NCBI GenBank assembly: GCA_949285455.1
Contig: CASDXP010000003.1
Coordinates: forward strand, 67,210 to 131,209
Direction of reading: 5' to 3'
DNA: 64,000 bases
Source of the DNA: an uncultured bacterium
GTDB taxonomy: Bacteria > Bacillota_I > Bacilli_A > RFN20 > CAG-826
Under the pieces are notes generated by a model. That model was not told the DNA's origin. It did no database searches and worked only from the letters and a program-made list of their open reading frames with translations. Shown here one piece after another: positions 24,270 to 32,708 of this stretch (its first letter is position 1; every line of letters starts with the position of its first letter). Made by a program: the position numbers and the translations under genes.

Positions 24270-25337
24270 CTAAGCAAGAATTTCCTTTAAAAATTCTCCA
24301 ATTAAATCTCCAACTTCTTTCATCGCTTCTAACGTATGACCGGTGAAATTATTAAATAAAGGAATATTCATCACTTCATCATCGTAATCGATTGCAAAAA
24401 CAATAGCGGTCTTTTGGATAGAAATAGATAAATCTAAGAAATATTTATTGACTTTAAATTTCTTTAAAACACTTAAAGCACGGCTATTCAAAATAGCTTT
24501 TTTATCTTCTTGTTTACCATAGATTGTATAAGCATTCGTGTCACTTAACACATTCATGTCATTCGCGACGCTAGGAAGTTCCACTAGGTCAGATTTGCCT
24601 TTGATGTAAATAAGCAATAAATCATCCATCTTCAAATCGACGTTCACCGACATATATTTACCGACGAAAATAGGAACACTTTTCTTACGTCCTTTTTCAT
24701 CTTCTTTGGTAACATATCCCGCTAAAGAAGCAGTATGGAAATCATGTGCAAAAACTTTACCCGTGACGACGTTTCTAGAGGAAACATTAGTTAAATCTTT
24801 ATAGATGTTTGCCGCTTGAAATTCTTCTAAAGAAATTTCCATATCATCATGAATTTTTAATTCTTTATAATATTTTTCATCGAAAGAATAGACATTAAAA
24901 TCATTCACGGTTTGAACGACGTAATCATGCGTATCAGTTTCAGCTTTTTTTACGATTAAGAATTTGTTTAAAAGCCAGACCGCAACTAGAACTAAGAACA
25001 CAAAACCAATGCCAATATAAAGACCAAAATTAGGAATGAAACTAAAACCAATCATCCCGCCAGTTATAAGCCCTAAGGCGATAAATAAAACTAAATTTCG
25101 CGTAAGTTTAAATTTACGATAACGTTCGACAAATTTTTTACGGCGATCATCGATTTGATGGAAGATTGGCTTATCGATCATTTCGATAGTGACTTCTTCC
25201 TCTTTTTCTTCCTTAACATCGTCTGTATCTTTTTCTTCATCCGCATTTAAAACTTGCGTAGAATTTTCTTCGTTGTTCGGAGTAGCGTTTTCTTCTTTTT
25301 GTTCTAAAATTTCTTCCTGACGTTTATTTTCATCCAT
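24270..25337 (-). CDS. Hypothetical two-TM membrane protein with acidic N-terminus
   Basis: Start reassigned to ATG 25337 (GAGGTG SD upstream); two TM helices followed by a large soluble domain. Confidence 0.75.
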   Translation of the reverse strand: MDENKRQEEILEQKEENATPNNEENSTQVLNADEEKDTDDVKEEKEEEVTIEMIDKPIFHQIDDRRKKFVERYRKFKLTRNLVLFIALGLITGGMIGFSFIPNFGLYIGIGFVFLVLVAVWLLNKFLIVKKAETDTHDYVVQTVNDFNVYSFDEKYYKELKIHDDMEISLEEFQAANIYKDLTNVSSRNVVTGKVFAHDFHTASLAGYVTKEDEKGRKKSVPIFVGKYMSVNVDLKMDDLLLIYIKGKSDLVELPSVANDMNVLSDTNAYTIYGKQEDKKAILNSRALSVLKKFKVNKYFLDLSISIQKTAIVFAIDYDDEVMNIPLFNNFTGHTLEAMKEVGDLIGEFLKEILA

Positions 25338-25396
25338 ATGTGTGCACCTCAAAAGCGTGTATATACTATAACACACGCACACATGAAAAACAAAAA

Positions 25397-26359
25397 CTAT
25401 GAAATTAAAGTTTTCTTCGGATATAACTTATCGATCATTAAAATTGGCTTATATAGTAACAAGCAAACGACGATAGTGAGGAGGCTAGAAATAGGTACGT
25501 AAGTCGCACTATAAATGAAAGAAGCAACCCATGGTGTTTCCCAATATAGGACACCAGCGATGACGTGACATAAATATTTTAAAGAACATGCCGCTAAGAT
25601 AGAGACACCTAAAATTGTTGCTCCTATAACGTTATATTTAGTATCGTGATTTTTCTTTAAAATTAAAGGTCTAAAGAAGCCGACAATCGAAAGAGAACCA
25701 AACGCTAAAAGGTAATCAAAAATATAATATTGTAAACCATAACCACCAATGAGACATGAGACAAGACCATAGACGACACCGCAACCGATGAAGCCTTTAT
25801 AGACCCCGAAGCGTAAAGATAGAATAATTAAAGGAATCATTTCAAAAGAAATGGAACCACCGTTAGCCTGCACTCTAAATTTTAAAAATGATAAATCTAA
25901 AACGACGGCAAGGGAGACGAGCATCGCCATCTCGACAATATCTTTTGTATCGAAACGATGTTCATCAAATAATAAAGGTAACAAGATGACGATACTTAAA
26001 AAAATGAATATTAGACCACAAATAGTTAAAGCATCATAACTCGGTGTATCGATGTCATAAAGCGAGGAAAAAAACGATGGAACGCTAAAGCCGACGAGAG
26101 TGGCTAATAATATTAATCCTACTGCGTAACTATAAAGTTCTTTAAACTTGTAACTTAACGCTAATAAGGTAATTGCCCCAACGTAAACAAAAATCATGAT
26201 GAAGCCTAAGTAATTAAACACTCCATCGTAGAAACTAAATACGAGAAATGAATTGTAATTGACATTGCTCACGATGAAGTTTCCACTAAAAAATAAAGCT
26301 AAACCAAAAATCAAACTTGCTAATGCACTACTAATGAATAAAACTCTCTTATCTTTCAT
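25397..26359 (-). CDS. thiT: Thiamine ECF transporter S component ThiT with N-terminal membrane extension
   Basis: C-terminal ~190 aa contains IVEMAMLVSLAVVLD, GGSIS..MIPL, DYLLAF, H.IAGV.YW; preceded by a TPP riboswitch. Confidence 0.88.
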   Translation of the reverse strand: MKDKRVLFISSALASLIFGLALFFSGNFIVSNVNYNSFLVFSFYDGVFNYLGFIMIFVYVGAITLLALSYKFKELYSYAVGLILLATLVGFSVPSFFSSLYDIDTPSYDALTICGLIFIFLSIVILLPLLFDEHRFDTKDIVEMAMLVSLAVVLDLSFLKFRVQANGGSISFEMIPLIILSLRFGVYKGFIGCGVVYGLVSCLIGGYGLQYYIFDYLLAFGSLSIVGFFRPLILKKNHDTKYNVIGATILGVSILAACSLKYLCHVIAGVLYWETPWVASFIYSATYVPISSLLTIVVCLLLYKPILMIDKLYPKKTLIS

Positions 26360-26385
26360 AAAAAATACCTCGTTACTAGCGAGGC
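26360..26385 (-). promoter_or_regulatory. Riboswitch expression platform (SD-sequestering hairpin with U-run)
   Basis: GCCTCG-CTAGTAA-CGAGGT followed by ATTTTTT then ATG. Its 5' arm CCTCGCTAG can alternatively pair with aptamer CTAGCGGAGG. Confidence 0.75.
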
Positions 26386-26398
26386 AAAAAAGAAAAAT

Positions 26399-26484
26399 TT
26401 CCCCTCCGCTAGCATTACCTAGATCAGGTTCGGTCGGCTTTGACTTAAAAGCCCTCTCAGCTTAGTGCGCTAAGCTCCCGTCGT
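26399..26484 (-). ncRNA. TPP riboswitch aptamer
   Basis: Minus strand CGGGAGCTTAG..CTAAGCTGAGAG...GACCGAACCTGATCTAGGTAATGCTAGCGGAGG contains the UGAGA and CCUGAU..UAAUGC..GCG.AGG cores; directly upstream of thiT. P1 pairing looks weak by eye. Confidence 0.93.
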
Positions 26485-26511
26485 TAATATTGTAATATTT
26501 ATTTGAGCCAA

Positions 26512-26586
26512 TTTATAGGTAAAACTTTATGTTCTTCTAAAAATTTATTGGCTAATAAAAAATGATTGCAACCAAAGAAATTGCCG
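26512..26586. repeat. 75-bp target-site direct repeat, left copy
   Basis: Identical to 28563-28637 (TTTATAGGTAAAAC...GAAATTGCCG). Confidence 0.95.
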
Positions 26587-28562
26587 CCCGTCTTTCGTAG
26601 TTTACTCTCGTTTTTTTAGAACATAAATTGATAATAAGCATCAATATAGATTTTTTAATTATATTTTTAATATTAATAAATTAATATTACTTACCTCAAG
26701 TGATGTCATTTTTTCATTTGTCAATAAAATTCATGAATTTTTATATTGTATCTAGAGTAATAATATTATAAACTATAAATAGTTTAGAGGTAGAGTAATA
26801 TGTCATATAATTTAAAGCAATGTCGATATAAGAATGGAAGAGTATTCTTAGAGATCGTCGATTCAATTTATTCAAGAAAGAAAGGTTATTCGATACCTAA
26901 GGTCATTAAAAAGATTGGTTATCTAGATGAATTAGAAAAGATTTATGTTGATCCTATCTCCTACTTTAAAGAAGAAATTAAAAAGATGGAATTAGAAAGG
27001 AAGAAAGAAAATAATTTCATACCTAGGCAGTCAGATGAAATTAATTTAGGTTCTTTTCTTCCAATTCACCTATTGAACAAACTAAGACTAAAAGATTTAT
27101 CTAATGCGATAGATCAATCTAGTAAGAGAACTTATTCTCATTACGATGTCTTAGAGTTTCTCACTTTAAGTAGAATCATCTATCCATCTAGTAAGATCGA
27201 TACGTATATGAATATGTTCCCTCACTTCTACAAGAAATATTCTTTTTCTAAAGACCAGATGTACGATGCTTTAGGATTGATTGGGGAATATGATGAAGCT
27301 TACTTAAACATTCTTAACGATAAGATAAATAAAATATATGGAAGAAATTTATCTCACGTCTATTTTGATTGTACAAATTATTATTTTGAAATAGATGCGA
27401 ATAATTATGATAGCTATCGTCTACCTGGAGTTAGTAAAGAAAATCATCAAGGAGCCATCATCTCTTTAGGACTTCTTTTAGATAGCGATGCTATTCCTTT
27501 ATACTATAGTCTTTTCCCTGGTAATCAAAGTGAAAAACCAGAACTTAACAAAACGATTAAAAAGATGAAAGATTCGTTAGATATTAAAGGAAGAACTATA
27601 AGAGTTGCAGATAAAGGATTAAATTCAGTCGATAATATTATCGATGCATATAAAAATGGGGATGGATATGTCTATTCTAAAGCGATTAGATCTAACGATG
27701 ACAAAAAGATGATTTTAGAAGGAGAAACATTCGAAGAAATAAAAGATGAAAATGGTGAAGTTATCTTCAAAGTTAAAGTGTGGATCGATAATTATGATTA
27801 CGTTCAAGATAATCGCACTTATAAATTAAGAGAGAAAAGAATCGTCATATGGTCAAGAAAATATGCTCTTAAATCAGCCTATGAAAGAAATAGAGCTATC
27901 GATAAAGTAAATAAACAATCTTCCATATCTAATCTTAAGAGTAAAGATTCACCTAAATTTATTCATACTCTTTACGATGTCATAAGTGAAGAAAGTGGAA
28001 AGATTATTTCTAATGATGATATTTCTTTGATATTAAACGAATCTAAGGTGGATAAAGCTTCAGAACTTGATGGCTATTATATGATAGTTACATCTGAGAC
28101 TAATTTATCTTGGAAAGAGATATTAGATATATATCGTAAATTATGGGAAATAGAAGCTTCATTTAGAATAACTAAAACTCAATTAGAGACTAGACCAATA
28201 TACGTTTCTTCATTAAATTCTATCAAAGGTCATTTCTTCTCTTGCTATCTAGCTTTAACATTGATTCGTCTCATACAAAAGAAAGAACTTGATGATAAAT
28301 ATAATGCTGAAAAAGTTATCGATTTTGTGAAAACCTTAAAAGCTTTCCCAATTAGTAATGAACAGTATTTATTATCTGGCTCTTATCAAGATATCATCAA
28401 AGAAATTGAAACTAGATACAAAGTCTCTTTTAACTTAAAAACATTATCTTTATCAAAGATTGAAAAATTATTTTCTATCTAATTTTATTACTCTAGTTGA
28501 TATTAAATGATTATATCTTTGATATAACATTACGAATTTTGATTTCATCTCCGAAAGTCAGG
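26587..28562 (+). mobile_element. IS1634-family insertion sequence (1976 bp)
   Basis: Imperfect terminal IRs CCCGTCTTTCGTAG and CCTGACTTTCGGAG (reverse complement of the right end; 11/14 match), one DDE transposase, flanked by exact 75-bp direct repeats. Confidence 0.92.
26800..28482 (+). CDS. IS1634-family DDE transposase
   Basis: YFDCTNYYFE, G.SKE, FPGNQSE, VADKGL, DGYY...TS, Y..LWEIEASFRITK..LETRP; uninterrupted 560 aa. Confidence 0.93.
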   Translation: MSYNLKQCRYKNGRVFLEIVDSIYSRKKGYSIPKVIKKIGYLDELEKIYVDPISYFKEEIKKMELERKKENNFIPRQSDEINLGSFLPIHLLNKLRLKDLSNAIDQSSKRTYSHYDVLEFLTLSRIIYPSSKIDTYMNMFPHFYKKYSFSKDQMYDALGLIGEYDEAYLNILNDKINKIYGRNLSHVYFDCTNYYFEIDANNYDSYRLPGVSKENHQGAIISLGLLLDSDAIPLYYSLFPGNQSEKPELNKTIKKMKDSLDIKGRTIRVADKGLNSVDNIIDAYKNGDGYVYSKAIRSNDDKKMILEGETFEEIKDENGEVIFKVKVWIDNYDYVQDNRTYKLREKRIVIWSRKYALKSAYERNRAIDKVNKQSSISNLKSKDSPKFIHTLYDVISEESGKIISNDDISLILNESKVDKASELDGYYMIVTSETNLSWKEILDIYRKLWEIEASFRITKTQLETRPIYVSSLNSIKGHFFSCYLALTLIRLIQKKELDDKYNAEKVIDFVKTLKAFPISNEQYLLSGSYQDIIKEIETRYKVSFNLKTLSLSKIEKLFSI

Positions 28563-29209
28563 TTTATAGGTAAAACTTTATGTTCTTCTAAAAATTTATT
28601 GGCTAATAAAAAATGATTGCAACCAAAGAAATTGCCGTTTGCCATCGCAAGAGGAGAAGGATGACTAGCTTCTAAGATGAGGTGATTCGTATTAGTGATA
28701 TAGACTTTATACTTTCTAGCAAAATTGCCCCACAACATGAAAACCATCGGTCGATCAATTTTATCTAAATAAGTTAAGACATCTTTAAAAAACTCTTCAT
28801 ATCCCGCACTTTTGTGGGATAAAGGGGCTTTTTGACGTACGGATAAGTAGGCGTTTAAAAGGAGGACACCTTGTTTAGCAAGATAAGTTAAATCGCCATT
28901 ACTCTTATCAATTTTTGTATGAAATTCATTTTCAATTTCTTTGTAAATATTTAATAAACTAGGTGGCACTTTAATACCTGGTGGGGTTGCAAAAGCTAAG
29001 CCCATTGCTTGGCCTTCATTCGGATATGGGTCTTGCCCGATGATGATAACTTTCACTTCTTTAAGAGGAGTTAATTTAAAAGCATTAAATAATAGATGCC
29101 TTGGAGGATAAATAATGTGATTTGCGTATTCTTCATCTAAAAACTCATGAAGTTTTTTGGCATATTCTTTCTTTTTAATATTTTCAAATAATAATTCCCA
29201 ATCGTTCAT
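28511..29209 (-). CDS. ung: Uracil-DNA glycosylase (C-terminus supplied by the IS end)
   Basis: IIGQDPY, PPSL.NI, QGVLLLN, HPSPL. Start reassigned to ATG 29209 to avoid overlap with the divergent GT4. Confidence 0.95.
   Translation of the reverse strand: MNDWELLFENIKKKEYAKKLHEFLDEEYANHIIYPPRHLLFNAFKLTPLKEVKVIIIGQDPYPNEGQAMGLAFATPPGIKVPPSLLNIYKEIENEFHTKIDKSNGDLTYLAKQGVLLLNAYLSVRQKAPLSHKSAGYEEFFKDVLTYLDKIDRPMVFMLWGNFARKYKVYITNTNHLILEASHPSPLAMANGNFFGCNHFLLANKFLEEHKVLPINLTFGDEIKIRNVISKI
28563..28637. repeat. 75-bp target-site direct repeat, right copy (within ung)
   Basis: Identical to 26512-26586. Confidence 0.95.
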
Positions 29210-29239
29210 AAGTTTTTCAAATATAGTATAATATTTAAT

Positions 29240-30337
29240 GTGAAAATTCTCATCGTTTTTAATCATCCTGCACCATATAAAGTTCGCCTGTTCAATGAAC
29301 TAGCGAAAAAATATGATATACATGTTTTATTTGAACGAAAGAAAGCAAGCAATCGACCAGATTCATTTTATGATGAAGAAATTAAATTTTCGCATGAATT
29401 TTTAAAAGGGATAAACATAAGCAAAGAAAATTTTATTTCAAACGCTATTATCAAACATGTAATTACTCATCAATATGATTTGATTATTATGAACGGCTAT
29501 TCAACTTTTGCTGAGATGAAAACTATCAAATATTTCATTAAAAATAATATACCTTATAGTCTTTATGTTAATGGTGGCTTCGCACGCATCGAACCAAAGT
29601 GGAAAAAAGAGTTAAAAACTAAATTAATTAGTCATGCAAAATTTTATTTCGCGCCTTCAGAAGAAGCCAAAAAATTTCTTGTTTACTATGGCGCTAATCC
29701 TTCTAATGTCTATCTTTACACTTATAGCACAATTTATGAAAGCGAGATTTTAAAAGATCCCTTAACTCACGATCAAAAAGTAAAATTGCGCAAAGAATTA
29801 AATATTCCTACCAAACATATCTACATCTCCACCTCACGTTTTGAGGAGAGAAAAAATCTTACTAAACTTATCTATTTCTTCATCGATGAGATGCCTAAAG
29901 ATTCCAATCTTTTACTCATCGGGGGTGGTCCTTTAACTTATCGTTATCTACAAATTATTCGTAAAGAAAAAGTTGATAACATTCAAGTTTATGAGCATAT
30001 GTCGCGAGAAGAAATGTTCAAATATTTAAAAGCTTCTGACGTCTATTTATTTCCAACTTTAGAAGACATTTATGGCCATGTTGTTAACGAAGCGATGGCA
30101 AATGGGCTACCGGTTATATCGAGTGATAAATCACTCGCTTCATTAAAATTAATAAAAAATGGTTACAATGGTTACATCTATCAAAGCGGAGATAAAGAAA
30201 CATTTAAGAAAGACATTTTTGAACTAAGAAAAAGAAATCTTACGAATAATGCTTTAAAGACCGCAAGAGAAAATACCATTGAAAAAATGGTCAAAGACCA
30301 CTATGCTATTTTTGAGGATGTAAAACAAAAATTATGA
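29240..30337 (+). CDS. Glycosyltransferase family 4
   Basis: PAPYKV..FNEL N-terminus; EDIYG.VVNEAMANGLPVI (EX7E-type motif). Confidence 0.9.
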   Translation: MKILIVFNHPAPYKVRLFNELAKKYDIHVLFERKKASNRPDSFYDEEIKFSHEFLKGINISKENFISNAIIKHVITHQYDLIIMNGYSTFAEMKTIKYFIKNNIPYSLYVNGGFARIEPKWKKELKTKLISHAKFYFAPSEEAKKFLVYYGANPSNVYLYTYSTIYESEILKDPLTHDQKVKLRKELNIPTKHIYISTSRFEERKNLTKLIYFFIDEMPKDSNLLLIGGGPLTYRYLQIIRKEKVDNIQVYEHMSREEMFKYLKASDVYLFPTLEDIYGHVVNEAMANGLPVISSDKSLASLKLIKNGYNGYIYQSGDKETFKKDIFELRKRNLTNNALKTARENTIEKMVKDHYAIFEDVKQKL

Positions 30338-31467
30338 AGATTATTTACGTAACAACATGTATTAATCCGAAAAGATTTTTTCAAGGTAACAAAGAAAATA
30401 AGAAAGCCTTAAACCCAAGTGGCCAAAATTTTCACTTCAAAATGATTAAGGCATTAAAAGAAAAATGTGATGTCGAAGTTATTTCTATTCCCCCTCTATC
30501 ACCTTATCTCACTAATAGATTATTTATTCCTCGTTTTGAAGAAGAAGTCGAAGGTATCAAATTTCATTACGTACACGTCTCTTATTCTAAACTTTACAAA
30601 TTTTTTGGTCTAAGAAATAACATTCGTAAAGAAATTAAACGCATCATAATGCCGGATGATGTCATCATTTACGATGGTCTAAATAGACCGGCAACTTTTG
30701 CTCTTGTGAATTCTTTCCCCAATCATAAAAAAGTTATGATGTTAACTGATGATCCCGCGAATTTAACCTACGGTGGAAAAAGATATACAAAATCACTTAA
30801 AAAACGTTATCCAAAAGTTGAAAACGCTATCGCTTTAACGCCTCACCTTTTCACTTTACTTCCTAACGTTAAAGACAAATTACAAATTGAAGGTATCATG
30901 AGTGAAAATCCTTATAGTTATGAGCCTAATGAATATAGCCCCTACATCTTCCTTGGCGGAGCGTTATTTTCTCGTTATGGAGTAGACACTTTGTTAAATG
31001 CCTTCTTAGAACTTGAAGTTCCTAATCTTAACCTCGTATTATGTGGTCAAGGTGACCTAGTGGAAATGCTTAAAAAATATTCTCAAAGGTATCATCATAT
31101 TCATTTTTTAGGACTTATCACTAACGATGAGATTTTAAAACTTGAAGCAGGAGCGTTATTTAACGTCAACCCTCGCCCACTCGATGCGAGTGTGGACATC
31201 AATTCCGTCCCTTCTAAAATCATCGAATGTGCAGCCGCTAAAAGGCCTCTTATCACGACGAAAAACGCTATCATTGAATCACTTTTTGGAAATCATATTT
31301 CCTATTTTAAAGGTGATGATTTAGCGAGCATCAAAGAAGGCTTAAAAGAGATGATTGCACTAAGTGAAGAAAAAGCTATGAATAAAGGAAAAGAAGTATA
31401 TAACGCCATCAAATCACGGCTCGATAGTGAAATCGTTGCCGCTAAAATTTTAGATTTTCTTCACTAA
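30334..31467 (+). CDS. Glycosyltransferase (GT-B fold, GT4-like)
   Basis: GAL..RYGV..L, VNPRP, PSKIIE; 4-nt overlap with the upstream GT. Confidence 0.85.
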   Translation: MKIIYVTTCINPKRFFQGNKENKKALNPSGQNFHFKMIKALKEKCDVEVISIPPLSPYLTNRLFIPRFEEEVEGIKFHYVHVSYSKLYKFFGLRNNIRKEIKRIIMPDDVIIYDGLNRPATFALVNSFPNHKKVMMLTDDPANLTYGGKRYTKSLKKRYPKVENAIALTPHLFTLLPNVKDKLQIEGIMSENPYSYEPNEYSPYIFLGGALFSRYGVDTLLNAFLELEVPNLNLVLCGQGDLVEMLKKYSQRYHHIHFLGLITNDEILKLEAGALFNVNPRPLDASVDINSVPSKIIECAAAKRPLITTKNAIIESLFGNHISYFKGDDLASIKEGLKEMIALSEEKAMNKGKEVYNAIKSRLDSEIVAAKILDFLH

Positions 31468-32649
31468 TAAAGTTTGTTCAATTTGATCAACTATTTTATC
31501 TAAAGCGAAATGGGCTTGATAATAATTGTAATTATTTTCTCCCATTTTTTCTTTTTCGCTTTCTTCTAGTTCCTTCATCTTGATGATATTTTTTGCGATA
31601 TCTTTAACATTAGGCTGAGAAATGATTGCTCCACCTGCGTCTTCTAAAACTTTTTTTCCATCCCCATCTATTACCCCAAGAATAGGTTTTTTATAAGTAA
31701 GATAGGAAATGAGTTTAGAAGGAATAGTATTTCCCACTACTCCGCTAGGAAATAAGGAAACGTACAAAGCATCAACATTAGAGTAATAAAAACGTGCTTT
31801 CTTCATCGGAATGGGACCATAATAGATGACGTTTTTAGAAATGTCTAATCGTTTGATTTCTTCTTCAAATTTCGCTCTATTCGTACCCATACCTATAATA
31901 TGGAAATAGACATCATCATATTTTTTAATAACTTCTTTCATCGCTTGAGGGACAAGTTCGATACCTTGAATGGTTCCGATGTTCCCACAATATAAAATGT
32001 GAAAGCCTTTTCCATATTCAACATTTTTTCCTTCTTCAAGCGAATTGCTAAATAAAGGTGGTTGAGGTATATACTTATAATATTTATTTTCGAGTTTTAA
32101 AACGTCGTAGAAATAGTCTTTAAAAGAAGGCGAAGAAAGTAATATCTTATCGCATTTAGCGTAGATTGATCTAGACCATTTATATAAGATTTTATAAAAT
32201 AAACCATTTTCTTTAATGGCGTGAGTAATGACAGGAGAAATAGGCCATAAGTCAAGACAATGTAAGACGTGATTAATATGATGTTTACGCTTGTAAATAT
32301 TAGCCCCGCTTACGGAAATGATAGGTGATAAAGATTGGGAATAGACGACATCATATTCTTCTTTAAAATGTTTTAAAAAACGACGTGATGAAAAATAAAA
32401 CGATAAGTAATTGAAGATGATAGAGAGACGGTTTTTCTTACGTGCGAAAAGATGAAGACGAAAAACTCTCACCCCATCGATCACTTCATATTTTACTTTC
32501 TTATATTCTTTTAAAATATGATCGAAACCATAGTTAGGTTTTCCTGTCACTACCGTCACATCATGTCCGCGTCTTTTAAGTTCACGACAAATGTCACTGA
32601 TGACGAAGTTTTCTGGATAATAGAATTGACAAACAACTAAGATACGCAT
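31450..32649 (-). CDS. Glycosyltransferase family 4 (WbuB/Cap5L-like)
   Basis: MRILVVCQFYYPE, TGKPNY, DLWP, GNIG..QG, IPSKL.SY. Confidence 0.9.
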   Translation of the reverse strand: MRILVVCQFYYPENFVISDICRELKRRGHDVTVVTGKPNYGFDHILKEYKKVKYEVIDGVRVFRLHLFARKKNRLSIIFNYLSFYFSSRRFLKHFKEEYDVVYSQSLSPIISVSGANIYKRKHHINHVLHCLDLWPISPVITHAIKENGLFYKILYKWSRSIYAKCDKILLSSPSFKDYFYDVLKLENKYYKYIPQPPLFSNSLEEGKNVEYGKGFHILYCGNIGTIQGIELVPQAMKEVIKKYDDVYFHIIGMGTNRAKFEEEIKRLDISKNVIYYGPIPMKKARFYYSNVDALYVSLFPSGVVGNTIPSKLISYLTYKKPILGVIDGDGKKVLEDAGGAIISQPNVKDIAKNIIKMKELEESEKEKMGENNYNYYQAHFALDKIVDQIEQTLLVKKI

Positions 32650-32708
32650 ATTTTTTACGCTTTAAATTATAGCAATATATAAAAAAATATTATATATTTA
32701 CTTCTATC

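Noticed and set aside
26512..28637. 75-bp direct repeats as integrase att sites or CRISPR repeats
   Set aside because: Only two copies, abutting terminal IRs around a DDE transposase; no integrase, cas gene or spacer periodicity.
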